Made by a program: the position numbers and the translations under genes | Part shown: piece after piece, positions 1-10,818 of the stretch | Numbering within the stretch: position 1 is the first letter of the stretch | Layout: each line of letters begins with the position of its first letter | Notes under the pieces: generated by a model | What the model saw: only the letters and a program-made list of their open reading frames with translations | The model's database searches: none | Told to the model about the DNA's origin: nothing | Origin: Chitinophagales bacterium | GTDB lineage: Bacteria; Bacteroidota; Bacteroidia; Chitinophagales; LD1 | Direction of reading: 5' to 3' | Assembly (NCBI GenBank): GCA_035299425.1 | Contig: DATGWP010000080.1 | Location: 95 to 64,094, forward strand | DNA: 64,000 nucleotides

Positions 1-1572
1 AGCAGCAAACAATGCAAGTGCAGTAAGTGCGGCAGATGCAATAGCAAAGCCTTTACCTACAGCTGCAGTAGTGTTACCTACTGAGTCAAGCACGTCTGTC
101 TTTTCACGAACTTCTTTAGGCAATTCGCTCATCTCGGCAATACCACCTGCGTTATCGGCAATAGGGCCAAAGGCGTCAACTGCTAATTGCATAGCGGTAG
201 TAGCCATCATAGCCGAAGCGGCAATACCTACACCGTAGAAACCAGCCAGAGCGTAAGCGCCCCAGATAGCTGCTGCGAAAATGATAACCGGGAACGCTGT
301 AGAAAGCATACCTGTACCTAAACCGGCGATGATGTTGGTAGCTGCACCGGTAGCCGATTTCTGAACGATATCGCGAACCGGTTTGCCACCTAAGCCAGTG
401 TAGTACTCAGTAATGTAAGAGATAAGGTAACCTACTACCATACCAATACATACTGCAAAGAAAACGTTTAATGATGATGTGGTAAGCACGCTGAACTCGC
501 CTGCGTTGAATGCGCTCATCTTGATAGTATCAGGCAACATCAGTTTAATTAAACCGAAAGAAGCTGCCAGGGCTAGTAACATAGATAAGTTGTTGCCTCT
601 GTTCAATGCGCCTTGTACTGTGTCAACATCATTTTTAGCAGTTTCAGATATTTTTACAAACCAGCTGCCTATAATAGAGCAAATGATACCTACACCAGCA
701 ATGGTGATAGGTAAAAGGATTGGGCCAATGCCGCCAAAGTTATCGGCTATGCTGCCACCGTTATCGCGGATGATGTAGTTGCCCAAAACCATAGAAGCCA
801 ATACAGTTGCTACATAAGAACCGAACAAATCGGCGCCCATACCTGCAACATCACCCACGTTATCGCCTACGTTATCGGCAATGGTAGCAGGGTTACGCGG
901 ATCATCTTCAGGTATACCCGCTTCTACTTTACCTACAAGGTCAGCGCCTACGTCAGCCGCTTTGGTATAGATACCACCACCTACGCGGGCAAAAAGTGCG
1001 ATAGATTCAGCACCTAATGAGAAACCAGCCAATACTTCCAATACCTTTGTCATGCCATCGTAGCCACCACCGGTAGCAAAGTTGCCACCCATAAACTGGA
1101 AGAAGAAGAAGATAAACAAGGTGCTAAGACCAAGCACCGCCAAACCGGCAACACCCAGGCCCATTACCGTACCACCGCCAAAAGACACCTTAAGTGCTTT
1201 GGCCAATGATGTTTTAGCAGCCTGCGTAGTGCGCACGTTAGCCTTGGTAGCTATGCGCATACCTAAGAAACCTGCCAGCGCCGAGAAGAAGCAACCTATG
1301 ATAAAGGCCACTACAATCAATATGCTTGAGTGTACGGCTACCTTAGGCACCTGCGAAAGGATACCAAGGGCAGTACCTGCCAATACAACATATATAGCCA
1401 GAATGCGGTATTCTGCCTTTAAGAAAGCCATAGCACCATCTGCAATATTTTTTGCAATGCCGCTCATCTTAGCATCGCCTGCATCCTGCTTGGTTACCCA
1501 GCTTGAAAGTATGGCCATGTAGACCAATGCGATAACCCCGAACAAGGGTAAAATGTAAATCAGGTTTTCCAT
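1..1572 (-). CDS. hppA: Membrane H+/Na+-translocating pyrophosphatase; C-terminus lies beyond the window start
   Basis: Absent from the ORF track because it runs off the edge. My minus-strand translation from ATG 1572 reads [18 protein letters not shown]... It contains [20 protein letters not shown] and [21 protein letters not shown], which are canonical M-PPase motifs. The plus-strand ORFs 479..778 and 1082..1522 are antisense artefacts. Confidence 0.92.
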   Translation of the reverse strand, partial: MENLIYILPLFGVIALVYMAILSSWVTKQDAGDAKMSGIAKNIADGAMAFLKAEYRILAIYVVLAGTALGILSQVPKVAVHSSILIVVAFIIGCFFSALAGFLGMRIATKANVRTTQAAKTSLAKALKVSFGGGTVMGLGVAGLAVLGLSTLFIFFFFQFMGGNFATGGGYDGMTKVLEVLAGFSLGAESIALFARVGGGIYTKAADVGADLVGKVEAGIPEDDPRNPATIADNVGDNVGDVAGMGADLFGSYVATVLASMVLGNYIIRDNGGSIADNFGGIGPILLPITIAGVGIICSIIGSWFVKISETAKNDVDTVQGALNRGNNLSMLLALAASFGLIKLMLPDTIKMSAFNAGEFSVLTTSSLNVFFAVCIGMVVGYLISYITEYYTGLGGKPVRDIVQKSATGAATNIIAGLGTGMLSTAFPVIIFAAAIWGAYALAGFYGVGIAASAMMATTAMQLAVDAFGPIADNAGGIAEMSELPKEVREKTDVLDSVGNTTAAVGKGFAIASAALTALALFAA

Positions 1573-1718
1573 CGAATTTGTTTAATTATTTGTTGTTAAA
1601 CGGGTTTAAAAAGGTCGGCAAATATAGAAATACAGGCGAATTATGGAAGTATTAGCGGCTTTTCATTCGTCCACCCCCTCTTATTAAGGGTGTATAGGCC
1701 AAAAGGCAGGGTAAATGC

Positions 1719-1726
1719 TATTTTTG
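1719..1726 (+). promoter_or_regulatory. Candidate -7 promoter box for the DUF502 gene
   Basis: TATTTTTG fits TAnnTTTG and lies 17 nt before ATG 1744. Confidence 0.3.
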
Positions 1727-1743
1727 CGGCGCAAAACAATTGT

Positions 1744-2376
1744 ATGGGCAAAACACGCACCTGGTTTAAATCGGGTTTTGGTAAAATAGTATCGTACTTC
1801 TTACAGGGGTTGCTGCTTATTGCCCCTATGTTTCTAACCATTTACGCGGTATTCTATATTTTCAACCTGCTGGATACCAGTATAGAGAGAGTGTTCCGCT
1901 TTATCTTCCATTTCTACTTTCCGGGTATAGGCATTATAGCCATGTTCTTTATTATAGCCTTTATCGGGTTTATAGGCTCGCTGGTGTTTTTCCAACCCAT
2001 GCTGCATGTGTTTGATGCGCTGATAGAGCGGGTGCCGGTTATAAAAGACATCTATTCTTCGGTTAAAGACTTTTTTGGCGCTTTTATCAGCAAAAAAAAG
2101 AAGTTTGATAAGCCCGTAATGTTCGAAATTGGCAAAAACTCGGGTGTATACCGCATAGGCTTTATTACCCAAAACGACCTTACGGAGTTAAATATATTAG
2201 ATAAGGTGGCCGTGTATGCCCCCTGGAGTTATAACCTGTCGGGCACCTTGTTTATAGTAAACCGCGACCAGGTGCAGCCACTAAACGATGTAGGCTCGGG
2301 CGATGTAATGAAGTTTGTGATGAGCGGCGGGGTTACCGAAATTGAGGAAGACGACCATCACCCCACCAAGCCATAG
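1744..2376 (+). CDS. DUF502-family membrane protein
   Basis: ORF 1690..2376, with the start moved to ATG 1744 (MGKTRTWFKSGFGKIVSYFLQGLLLIAPMFLTIYAVFYIF). Two N-terminal TM helices precede a soluble domain, as in DUF502. A TATTTTTG box lies 17 nt upstream. Confidence 0.7.
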   Translation: MGKTRTWFKSGFGKIVSYFLQGLLLIAPMFLTIYAVFYIFNLLDTSIERVFRFIFHFYFPGIGIIAMFFIIAFIGFIGSLVFFQPMLHVFDALIERVPVIKDIYSSVKDFFGAFISKKKKFDKPVMFEIGKNSGVYRIGFITQNDLTELNILDKVAVYAPWSYNLSGTLFIVNRDQVQPLNDVGSGDVMKFVMSGGVTEIEEDDHHPTKP

Positions 2377-2389
2377 TTATTTTACTTTA

Positions 2390-3784
2390 TCATTTAGCCT
2401 GGCGCTGCCACCTGGCAAGTATCGCATACTTAGAATCGATAGCCGGTGAATCGAGTTCGCCCCAAAGTTTATCGGCCTCTGCACTTTTGCCTTCTGCCTT
2501 GGCTATAGCGGCTGTGAAATATTTAGCCACCTCGCTGGTTACATTGTTGGTAGACTGTAGTAACGGCTTAAAGTAATCGGCCGCTTTAGGTTTATCGCCA
2601 AACATGTACAGTGCGTAGGCATAGTGCATCATCCAATATTCTAACTGGGGGCCTTCCATGCGGCAGTGCTCTACTTCTTCTAAATACTGAACAGCCGATG
2701 AGAAGTTTTTAATAGATGATTGCTGGATACCAAACAGCAGATAAGGTTCGCAGCTATTCTCTATATGCTGGCGCAGGGCGCGCAGGTGTATCAGTGGTTT
2801 GTAATAGTCGGGTATGGTTTTATCGTCTATCAATGCCTTGTAGCTTTTTACCGTAAAGGAATCACCAACGGCTAATACCCTTTGCGCGGTGTAATACTCG
2901 GCGTAATAAGCGTTGCTATCTACAGCATTACAAAAGTTACGCAGGGTCTCCTTGTATTTAGCAGTTGTGTCGGCAAACTGGCGAAGGCCAAAGTAGAAGC
3001 CATCCATCTTGCGCTTATAGATGTTGGAGTAGGTGTTCAGCACGTTCTGTGCATCGTCGGAATAGCCAAGCAGGCTATATAAAAACGCACCATTAAGAAA
3101 GGAGGTTTCGTCTACGGTTTTAAAATTGTACGTAGAATCGAGCCAAGCCAGCGACTCGTTCATTTTGCCGGCATAGAAATACTCGGAGGCTATGTCGCAA
3201 CGTACACCGGCCAAGGCGGGGTATTGTTTGGCAATAAATTGGTATACCTGCATGGCTTCATCAAACCGGTTGCGCTCTTTAAACTTGCGGGCATACTCGC
3301 ACATACGGAAGGCCTGTTCGCCATCGTCTTTCTCTATCTTCATCAGGCGCGGTATCTCTTTCTGCAACGAATCACGCATTAGGGCCATGGCGTATATGGA
3401 GCAAAGCCCCTTGCTTATATCGGCGCGGGTAGAATCGAGCAACAGGCATTTTTTCCAGATACGCTCAACGGAATACACTGTTTTGGTGGCCAGTAGCCTT
3501 GGCCTCTCTCCCACACTACCGGTAAAAATGGTGGCATCATCTTCGGTAACAAACTGCATGGGCGGGGTGGTATCCAGGGCGCAGTTCAATATCACATTAC
3601 CCTTCATCATCAGTGCGTCTACATCTTTAGGGTTCTTGCGTATAATGGAATCGATATAATGGCTGGCCTGCTGCCATTTGCGCTGGGCTATGAGGTTGGT
3701 AGTAACTTCTATGGCTTGTTTTTGAGCAAACAGCGAATTGCAATTTGTTAGTAACAGGGCAATACAAAAAAGCAGTTGTTTCAT
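2390..3784 (-). CDS. Secreted TPR-like helical-repeat protein (hypothetical)
   Basis: ORF 2390..3829, with the start moved to ATG 3784 so that the protein begins with the signal peptide MKQLLFCIALLLTNCNSLFAQ. The rest is helical-repeat-like. No enzymatic motif was recognised. Confidence 0.6.
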   Translation of the reverse strand: MKQLLFCIALLLTNCNSLFAQKQAIEVTTNLIAQRKWQQASHYIDSIIRKNPKDVDALMMKGNVILNCALDTTPPMQFVTEDDATIFTGSVGERPRLLATKTVYSVERIWKKCLLLDSTRADISKGLCSIYAMALMRDSLQKEIPRLMKIEKDDGEQAFRMCEYARKFKERNRFDEAMQVYQFIAKQYPALAGVRCDIASEYFYAGKMNESLAWLDSTYNFKTVDETSFLNGAFLYSLLGYSDDAQNVLNTYSNIYKRKMDGFYFGLRQFADTTAKYKETLRNFCNAVDSNAYYAEYYTAQRVLAVGDSFTVKSYKALIDDKTIPDYYKPLIHLRALRQHIENSCEPYLLFGIQQSSIKNFSSAVQYLEEVEHCRMEGPQLEYWMMHYAYALYMFGDKPKAADYFKPLLQSTNNVTSEVAKYFTAAIAKAEGKSAEADKLWGELDSPAIDSKYAILARWQRQAK

Positions 3785-3993
3785 AGGTGCAAAATAATAA
3801 AATACAGCCCTTTGAAAATTATGGCCCAAATAGGTGCTTTTTTAAAAAGTGTCCACCCCCTTCCTTTATAATAAATTCATAATAAGCAAGTTATGTCGCA
3901 TAGGTGTCCACCCCATTATTGAATGCCTCCATTAAAATTTTACCTGATTTAGGTAATTTTTAGAAAGCCAACGAACACCATGGCAGGATTTAA

Positions 3994-4052
3994 ACAGCCA
4001 CACACCCCGCCCGGTGCAGAGCCACCGGTCGCCCCTCTCAAGAGGGGATAAT
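3994..4052. repeat. REP-like intergenic element, copy 1
   Basis: The sequence is ACAGCCACACACCCCGCCCGGTGCAGAGCCACCGGTCGCCCCTCTCAAGAGGGGATAAT. It contains the hairpins CCGGTG/CACCGG and CCCCTCT/AGAGGGG and is followed at once by a terminator palindrome. Confidence 0.75.
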
Positions 4053-4094
4053 ACAAGAACAGCCCCGATAAATTTATCGAGGCTGTTCTTGTAT
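4051..4094 (-). terminator. dnaN terminator hairpin
   Basis: ATACAAGAACAGCC and GGCTGTTCTTGTAT form a 14-bp perfect stem. An inner CGATAAA/TTTATCG stem lies between them. Confidence 0.7.
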
Positions 4095-4158
4095 TGGCTA
4101 TTAAGTCCCCTTTTGTTTCATCCCGAGCTTGCCTCGGGAAGGGGATTTAGGGGCTGTA

Positions 4159-5277
4159 TTAGCTATTGATCATTACCGGCATAACCAGCATTAGCAGGTC
4201 TTCGTTATCATTTTTCTCGGTAGGGCGAAGTACACCTGCGCGGGTTGGGGTAGAAAGTTCGATTTCTATTTCGCCGCTATCCAGCACACCCAGCATTTCG
4301 ATTAAGAAACGGGCATTGAAACCGATTTCGATATCGGTGCCTTCGTAGTTACAAGTAAGGCGCTCGGTAGCTTCATTGCTGAAATCCAAATCCTGAGCAG
4401 ATATTTTCAGTTCGCTGCCTGCTATAGTTAACACAACCTGGTAAGTGGTTTTGTTAGAGTAAATAGAGATACGGCGCATAGCGTTCTGCAACTCAAGACG
4501 GTTGATAGCTAAAGTGTTCGGATTGTTTTGAGGTATTACCGCGTTGTAGTCAGGGTAGTTGGCATCTATCAAACGGCAGATAAGCTTTGTGTTTTCGAAG
4601 GTGAAGAACGCGTTAGACTTATTGTAAGATACGTTTACACCAGAATCGCTAACCGGCAGGGCGGCCTTTAGCAGGCCCAAGGCCTTTTTAGGTACAATAA
4701 ACTGTGCCGCTTTGCTGGCTTTTACATCGGTGCGGGCCAGCTTAACCAGCTTATGCGCATCGGTGGCAACAAAGGTCATACCGTCTGGCGATACCTGGAA
4801 CAATACACCTGTCATAGCCGGGCGAAGGTCATCGCTGCTAACGGCAAACAGTGTTTTAGCAATGGCATTGCTAAGGGCAGATGCCGGTATGTTTATTTCG
4901 GTTACGGCCTCTGGCTGCGGTATTTTTGGAAAATCATCGGCGTTCTCTCCGCTTAGTTTGTAGCGGCCGGTTTCGCTGGTAATTTCTACACCAAAGGTTT
5001 TTTCATCTACTTTAAAAGTTAGTGGCTGCTCGGGCAGTGTCTTTAGTGTATCTAACAATATACGCGCTGGTATGGCTATGCGTCCGCTGTCCTTGGCTTC
5101 TACCTTTAACTCGGTGCTCATAGAAGTTTCAAGGTCGGTGGCAAAAACTGTCATTTTGCCGGCTTTTATCTCGAATAAAAAATCTTCCAGTATGGGCAAT
5201 ACCGAGCTGGTATTAATAACACCGCTAATCGTTTGCAGGCTCTTCAACAGGGTGGTGGTAGAAACTATGAATTTCAT
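4159..5277 (-). CDS. dnaN: DNA polymerase III beta sliding clamp
   Basis: ORF 4159..5304, with the start moved to ATG 5277 (MKFIVSTTTLLKSLQTISGVI...). It is 372 aa, with typical clamp length and N-terminal and C-terminal sequence (...LLMLVMPVMI). Confidence 0.93.
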   Translation of the reverse strand: MKFIVSTTTLLKSLQTISGVINTSSVLPILEDFLFEIKAGKMTVFATDLETSMSTELKVEAKDSGRIAIPARILLDTLKTLPEQPLTFKVDEKTFGVEITSETGRYKLSGENADDFPKIPQPEAVTEINIPASALSNAIAKTLFAVSSDDLRPAMTGVLFQVSPDGMTFVATDAHKLVKLARTDVKASKAAQFIVPKKALGLLKAALPVSDSGVNVSYNKSNAFFTFENTKLICRLIDANYPDYNAVIPQNNPNTLAINRLELQNAMRRISIYSNKTTYQVVLTIAGSELKISAQDLDFSNEATERLTCNYEGTDIEIGFNARFLIEMLGVLDSGEIEIELSTPTRAGVLRPTEKNDNEDLLMLVMPVMINS

Positions 5278-5357
5278 CGTCTGGGATTTAGTTAGTTCGG
5301 GCAAATATAATTATCGGTAGCAAATGGTAAAGTGCCAAATGCTAACAGAAAAATGCC

Positions 5358-7790
5358 CTACATCAACCCCTCTTTCTTCAACCTGTTCTTAGCCCCAGCA
5401 TCTAACCCTATTTTTATTTTTTCTTTTCCGCCGCCCTGCACACGCAAAAACAAGCTGGCCCCGGTTTTGGCGGTAATGCCTATGTTTTCGGGGGTGTAGT
5501 TTACATCCTGCTTTTTAAAGTTATTCCACGGTACTTGTATAGTAAGGTCGGCTTTGCCGTTTACTTTGTAGGTGCCCTGTATAAACATGCGCAGCACATT
5601 GCTGGCAATCTCCATACGGCGTATAGTAAGCAGTGTGCCTACCAGGGTAACGGTGTCTTTAATTTCATCGAAGGTTACATTATTAAAATCGCGGTTTTTG
5701 AAAATGTACTTGCCCACGTTGGCCAGCGGCTCGAAATTGGTGATACGGCCACCTTTAAGCGAGAAATAAATATCGCCCTGCATACTATCTGTTCTGGGTG
5801 TGTAGGCGGTATCGAGCGGTGCCGAAAAATTTACATAGGCACTCAGGTTGCCATTCAGGTTATCGGCGGTAATAGCGGTTTGGTCAAAGTTATCGGCGCT
5901 TAGCAGAAACTCTTTCATGTTGACATGCTTAATCTGCACATTGCCTGAAATTTTATCGGTGGTTCTGCCGGTTTGTAGGCCGCCATTTACCGTTACGGTG
6001 CCTTTGCAGGTATTCAGGTTAAAGTTTTTCAGCTCCATGCCCTGCGTAGATATGGTGGCTTCTCCCCTTACCTTTTGCGCTACAAACTTGCGGAAGGTAA
6101 ACAGGTTGCTGGTAAAATTTAACCGCAGGGTTACATCGTCTATCAGCTGGTCGATAGCATCCGATGCTGCCTTGCTGCCGGCACCGGTAGTATCTTTAGG
6201 TGCGGCGGATATTTGCGAAAGGCTTTTTTCGGTAAGTACGCTCGACAAATTAAACTTAGGGGCATCGAGGGTAAGGTTGCCCACCATCTTCTGGTTACGG
6301 TTAGATATCAGGCGTGTAACACCATCGAGGTAACCTTTAACCGAAACCTGGTTACCATTGAGTGATGCGCTTAAATCTTTAATATCCATTTTGAGCTGAT
6401 CGAAGTCGATATCGGTATTGATATTTTTGAGTTGTATACCCCGCACATTGTAAGCAAAGCCGCCATCTTTTATTTTAAGGTAGCCATCTAAAGTATCTTC
6501 TCCTCTTCTTTGGGTGGCAGGTATATAGGCACTTAACACGCCGTTATAACTTAAGGACAAATCGAGATCTCCGCCGGTAAACTTGTAGCCGCCGGGTGGT
6601 AATACCCGGTTAAGTGCCATAAGCGGGGTTTGGGAAGCCGCGGTTAGGGCAATACGCAAAGCCAGCAAATCAGTGATAGTAACATTGGCAGACACCGGCA
6701 CTCCCTCTACTTTTACCGAAGGAACATTAAACATAAGCGCCGAATTGGCGTCATCATTTTTGCGGCTGGTATCTACGTGGTTAGTAAACTGGCCCGTTAA
6801 ATTAAACCCGGTAAAATTGATGCCGCTGAATTTCATGCGGGCGTTATTCAGGTTAAAATAAGCATCTACCTGTGGAGGGAAATCGGGAATAACCGGCCCG
6901 TAAACCACTACCCTTACGTCTACCGAATCGTTGAGCTCTATATCTTTAATATATCCCTGTATTAAATCGGAAAGTATGCCGCGTGCGGCCTTAAAGTCGG
7001 TTTTGGGGTTACTGAACTCCAGACTTAATATACCCGGAGGTGCGCCAAAATCAAAGAAGCCTTTGCCATCGTAAAACTGCCCATCCATTTCAAATTTAGA
7101 GGGGTGAATTATCAGGCGCTTTTTATCATTATCAATACTCATGTTGACCTCAAGGCCCGCCGTTTTATTTTTGAAGAAGGCACCCTTATCGGCTTTAAAC
7201 ACCATGCTGTCAATATGCATCTCTCCGGTAAGGTGCATAATGGGGGCAAGGTCGCCACCCGGTACTTTACCGGCCAGCTTAACCACTGTAAACGACATGT
7301 GCTGCCCGCGGATATCATCGTGCTGAATAAACTGCAGGTTACGCACGTCTATTTCTTTTACATCGAAGCCAACATTGGCCCCCCCTTCCGACTTATAGCG
7401 CAGTATATCGCTGTTTAAATAGCCGTTGGTATCGCGCACCAGGAAGAAACGTCCGCCATCGAGCGATACTTTACTAAAATCGAGCTGTTTGCGGAAAAGC
7501 TGCAGCAGGCTCATGCGCAGATAAATTTTATCGGCCTGAAAAATCTCTTTTTTATACACCGAATCTTTAACCGATAGGCCCTTGATGGTAAGAGCCAGGC
7601 GGGGGAAATCATTTAAAATACTGAGCTGAATTTTGCCAATGTTAAGTTCGCCTTTAATGTTTTTATCCAGTTTAGATTTCAACTGTTTTATAAGGGCCTG
7701 CTGGTTAGCTTCTACATAAATAAGAAGGCCGGCCACAAAAAGAACGCTGAGCAATACAAGCGCACCAAGAACTTTTAAAAATTTACTCAT
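5358..7790 (-). CDS. AsmA-family outer-membrane biogenesis protein
   Basis: 810 aa with an N-terminal TM anchor (MSKFLKVLGALVLLSVLFVAGLLIY). The AsmA-like N-terminal region is followed by a long beta-rich body. Confidence 0.75.
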   Translation of the reverse strand: MSKFLKVLGALVLLSVLFVAGLLIYVEANQQALIKQLKSKLDKNIKGELNIGKIQLSILNDFPRLALTIKGLSVKDSVYKKEIFQADKIYLRMSLLQLFRKQLDFSKVSLDGGRFFLVRDTNGYLNSDILRYKSEGGANVGFDVKEIDVRNLQFIQHDDIRGQHMSFTVVKLAGKVPGGDLAPIMHLTGEMHIDSMVFKADKGAFFKNKTAGLEVNMSIDNDKKRLIIHPSKFEMDGQFYDGKGFFDFGAPPGILSLEFSNPKTDFKAARGILSDLIQGYIKDIELNDSVDVRVVVYGPVIPDFPPQVDAYFNLNNARMKFSGINFTGFNLTGQFTNHVDTSRKNDDANSALMFNVPSVKVEGVPVSANVTITDLLALRIALTAASQTPLMALNRVLPPGGYKFTGGDLDLSLSYNGVLSAYIPATQRRGEDTLDGYLKIKDGGFAYNVRGIQLKNINTDIDFDQLKMDIKDLSASLNGNQVSVKGYLDGVTRLISNRNQKMVGNLTLDAPKFNLSSVLTEKSLSQISAAPKDTTGAGSKAASDAIDQLIDDVTLRLNFTSNLFTFRKFVAQKVRGEATISTQGMELKNFNLNTCKGTVTVNGGLQTGRTTDKISGNVQIKHVNMKEFLLSADNFDQTAITADNLNGNLSAYVNFSAPLDTAYTPRTDSMQGDIYFSLKGGRITNFEPLANVGKYIFKNRDFNNVTFDEIKDTVTLVGTLLTIRRMEIASNVLRMFIQGTYKVNGKADLTIQVPWNNFKKQDVNYTPENIGITAKTGASLFLRVQGGGKEKIKIGLDAGAKNRLKKEGLM

Positions 7791-8080
7791 TACGTAAAGG
7801 GGTTTACGCTTCTATGCAAAGATACTACCAAGTATTATCAAAGCTATTAAACCCGGTTACTAAGGCCTGGTGGGGAAAAATGGGGAGAGAAACCCCAACC
7901 CCAGCGGCTCTCCATTATTTGTGGAAATTGTGTGCTCTCTACATCTGTTATTAAAACAGCATACAGAAACATATAGCAAACCCCGCCAGCCTATTTGTAA
8001 ATACTTAACACCGGGCTTGTAGGTTCCGTTTAGGGTATATAGGGGGCTTTTCTACCTTTACACCTTCAAAAAAAATAATA

Positions 8081-10687
8081 ATGTTTTATCGCTTTCTAAT
8101 TGTGGCAGTTGTGTTAAGTGTGGTAGGTTCATGCTCTACTTCGAAAAACGGGCGTAAAGGTAAAAACGCCATGACTATAGATATGGATACGGTAGAGGTG
8201 ATAGCCTCGCGCGAAAACCCTTACCGGGCATCGGCTACCAAAGATTTTGACCTGGTACATACCAAACTTGAGGTGGGCTTTAATTACCAGCTGCAACAAC
8301 TAAATGGCAAGGCAACTATTACGCTTAAGCCTCATTTTTATCCACAATACACGCTTACGCTGGATGCCAAGCAATTTGACATAAAGCAGGTGAGCCTGGT
8401 AACAGGCCCCGATTCGCGCGAAGGGCTCCAATACACCTACGATTCGCTGGAATTGAAAATACAGTTAGACAAAAAATATGAGGCGGGGCAGCAGTTCAAG
8501 ATTTACATAGAATACACTGCCAAACCCGAAGAGCTTAAAAAGGGCGGCAGCGCGGCTATTACTGATGATAAGGGGCTTTATTTTATTAACCCGCTGGGCA
8601 AAGACACCAGCAAGCCCATACAGATATGGACACAGGGCGAAACTGAATCGAACTCTTGCTGGTTCCCTACTATTGACAAGCCTAACCAGAAATTTACCGA
8701 TGAGATTTACATAACACACCTGAAAAAGTATTCATCGCTGAGCAACGGTGTGCTGGTATCGTCTACCCCGGTAAACGACAGTATGGTAACCGACTACTGG
8801 AAAATGGACCTGCCCCATGCTCCCTATCTGGTAATGATGGCCGTGGGCGATTTTGCCATAGTGCGCGATATGTGGCGTGATGTGCCGGTGAACTACTACG
8901 TAGAAAAAGCTTATGAGCCTTACGCTAAAAAAATATTTGGTAACACACCCGAGATGATGGAGTTCTTCTCGCAAAAGCTTGGTTTTGATTACCCATGGCC
9001 AAAATACTCGCAGGTGGTAGTGCGCGACTATGTGAGCGGAGCTATGGAAAACACATCGGCTACCTTGCATGGTGAGTTTATACAGCGCGATTCGCGCGAG
9101 TTGCTGGATGAAACCTACGAGGATGTTATTTCGCACGAGTTGTTTCACCAGTGGTTTGGCGATTTGGTTACATCTGAAAGCTGGAGCAACCTGCCGCTGA
9201 ATGAGTCGTTTGCTACCTACGGCGAATACCTGTGGAACGAATACAAGTACGGGCGCGAGTATGCCGACTATAAGTTGCAAATGAACTTTGATAAGTATAT
9301 GGTTGAGGCCAATGAGAAAAACGTAGACCTGGCCCGCTTTTACTACGAAGACAAGGAAGATATGTTTGATGCGCACAGCTACGAAAAAGGCGGGCTGCTT
9401 TTACATTACCTGCGCAAAACGGTTGGTGATGAAGCCTTTTTTAAATCGGTGGAGCTGTATTTGAAGACGAACCAGTTTAAGCCGGTAGAGATACACCAGC
9501 TGCGCATGGCCTTTGAAGAAGTGACTGGTAAGGATATGAACTGGTTTTTTAACCAGTGGTTTTATAATTCGGGCCACCCTATGCTGAACGTGAGCTATAG
9601 CTACGATGCTGATAGCATATATGTAACCGTAGAGCAAAAACACAACATAGAGAAACCGCTTACGTACCAGCTGCCATTTAGAATTGATGTATGGTATGGC
9701 AAGGTGATAAGCAGCTACAACGTAGTGCTGAAAAAGAAAAGCCAGGTGTTTGCCTTCCAGGCATATGGCAAACCCGATTTGATTGATTTTGATGCGGAGC
9801 GCGTGGTATTGGCCGGTAAAAAAGAAAACAAGACGATAGAGAATTATGTATTTCAATACCATAATGCACCGCTATTTGCACAGCGGTACGATGCGCTGAA
9901 AGCGTTGACAGAAAAACAAAAAGAGAGCGCCGCAGCAAGGCAAACATTTGTAGATGCGATGCACGACCCGGCCTATTTCCTTCGCCAGTTTGCTATAGAT
10001 GAACTGGAGATACCGAAGGATAACAAGGATAGTATACTCGCCACCATGGCAGAACTGATCAAGAGCGATAAGGTATCTACCGTGCGCCGGTCGGCTATTT
10101 TAAAATTAAGTAAGCAGCCAACTGCCCTTGATTACAAAACGTATTACGAAACGGCTATAGGAGATAGCTCGTACGAAGTTGCGGCCTCGGCGCTTAAAGC
10201 CATAAACGAGGTAGACACCAAGAAGGCACTGGAGATTGCAAAACAGTTTGAGAAATCTGACAATCATGATATGGCAGGCAGTGTGGCCGATGTGTATGCC
10301 AAAAAAGGGGACGAGAGCTACCAGGGCTTTTTTGAAACCAAACTGCGCAACATTACAGGCATAAACAAGTATTCATTGCTTTACTACTATGCTAACTTTT
10401 TGACCCGCATGGATAAAGCCGTGGTGCTAAAAGGAATACAAACCTTAGAAGAACAGGCTATGGCTACGGACAACCACTTTTTGATTAGTGGTGTTAAAGG
10501 CTCGCTTAAGCGCATTGTAAAATCATTTGATGATAAGAAGAAACGCGCGCAGAGCCAAATGGCAAGCGAACAAAGCACGAGTGCCAAGATGGAACTGGCA
10601 GAGAAAGTAAGTGACTACGATTTGATAATAAGCAACGCCAATGATGCTGTGCTGCGTGTGACTAAGAAGAATGAGTTGAAGAAGTAA
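8081..10687 (+). CDS. M1-family zinc aminopeptidase (aminopeptidase N-like), lipoprotein
   Basis: Contains GAMEN (SGAMENTS) and HEXXH-18-E (VISHELFHQWFGD...WSNLPLNESFA). The lipobox-type signal is MFYRFLIVAVVLSVVGSC. Confidence 0.9.
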   Translation: MFYRFLIVAVVLSVVGSCSTSKNGRKGKNAMTIDMDTVEVIASRENPYRASATKDFDLVHTKLEVGFNYQLQQLNGKATITLKPHFYPQYTLTLDAKQFDIKQVSLVTGPDSREGLQYTYDSLELKIQLDKKYEAGQQFKIYIEYTAKPEELKKGGSAAITDDKGLYFINPLGKDTSKPIQIWTQGETESNSCWFPTIDKPNQKFTDEIYITHLKKYSSLSNGVLVSSTPVNDSMVTDYWKMDLPHAPYLVMMAVGDFAIVRDMWRDVPVNYYVEKAYEPYAKKIFGNTPEMMEFFSQKLGFDYPWPKYSQVVVRDYVSGAMENTSATLHGEFIQRDSRELLDETYEDVISHELFHQWFGDLVTSESWSNLPLNESFATYGEYLWNEYKYGREYADYKLQMNFDKYMVEANEKNVDLARFYYEDKEDMFDAHSYEKGGLLLHYLRKTVGDEAFFKSVELYLKTNQFKPVEIHQLRMAFEEVTGKDMNWFFNQWFYNSGHPMLNVSYSYDADSIYVTVEQKHNIEKPLTYQLPFRIDVWYGKVISSYNVVLKKKSQVFAFQAYGKPDLIDFDAERVVLAGKKENKTIENYVFQYHNAPLFAQRYDALKALTEKQKESAAARQTFVDAMHDPAYFLRQFAIDELEIPKDNKDSILATMAELIKSDKVSTVRRSAILKLSKQPTALDYKTYYETAIGDSSYEVAASALKAINEVDTKKALEIAKQFEKSDNHDMAGSVADVYAKKGDESYQGFFETKLRNITGINKYSLLYYYANFLTRMDKAVVLKGIQTLEEQAMATDNHFLISGVKGSLKRIVKSFDDKKKRAQSQMASEQSTSAKMELAEKVSDYDLIISNANDAVLRVTKKNELKK

Positions 10688-10696
10688 TAAGGACCA

Positions 10697-10755
10697 ACAG
10701 CCACATACCCCGTCCGGTGCAGAGCCACCGTCCACCCCTCTCAAGAGGGGACAAT
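10697..10755. repeat. REP-like intergenic element, copy 2
   Basis: The sequence is ACAGCCACATACCCCGTCCGGTGCAGAGCCACCGTCCACCCCTCTCAAGAGGGGACAAT. It differs from copy 1 at about 6 positions by my alignment and is also followed by a terminator palindrome. Confidence 0.75.
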
Positions 10756-10766
10756 CCATACCCAAA

Positions 10767-10804
10767 CAGAAAGGGCTAAACAATTGTTTAGCCCTTTCTG
10801 TTTT
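10767..10804. terminator. Bidirectional terminator between the M1 peptidase gene and purH
   Basis: A perfect 34-nt palindrome, CAGAAAGGGCTAAACAA/TTGTTTAGCCCTTTCTG, is flanked by AAA on one side and TTTT on the other. Confidence 0.85.
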
Positions 10805-10818
10805 ATAATGTTTTGATT

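Noticed and set aside
479-1522. Plus-strand ORFs 479..778 and 1082..1522.
   Set aside because: They are antisense to the clearly recognisable hppA coding sequence, and their translations are low-complexity.
8465-9947. Several minus-strand ORFs of 84-214 aa opposite the M1 aminopeptidase gene.
   Set aside because: They are antisense to a gene with intact GAMEN and HEXXH motifs and have no recognisable features of their own.
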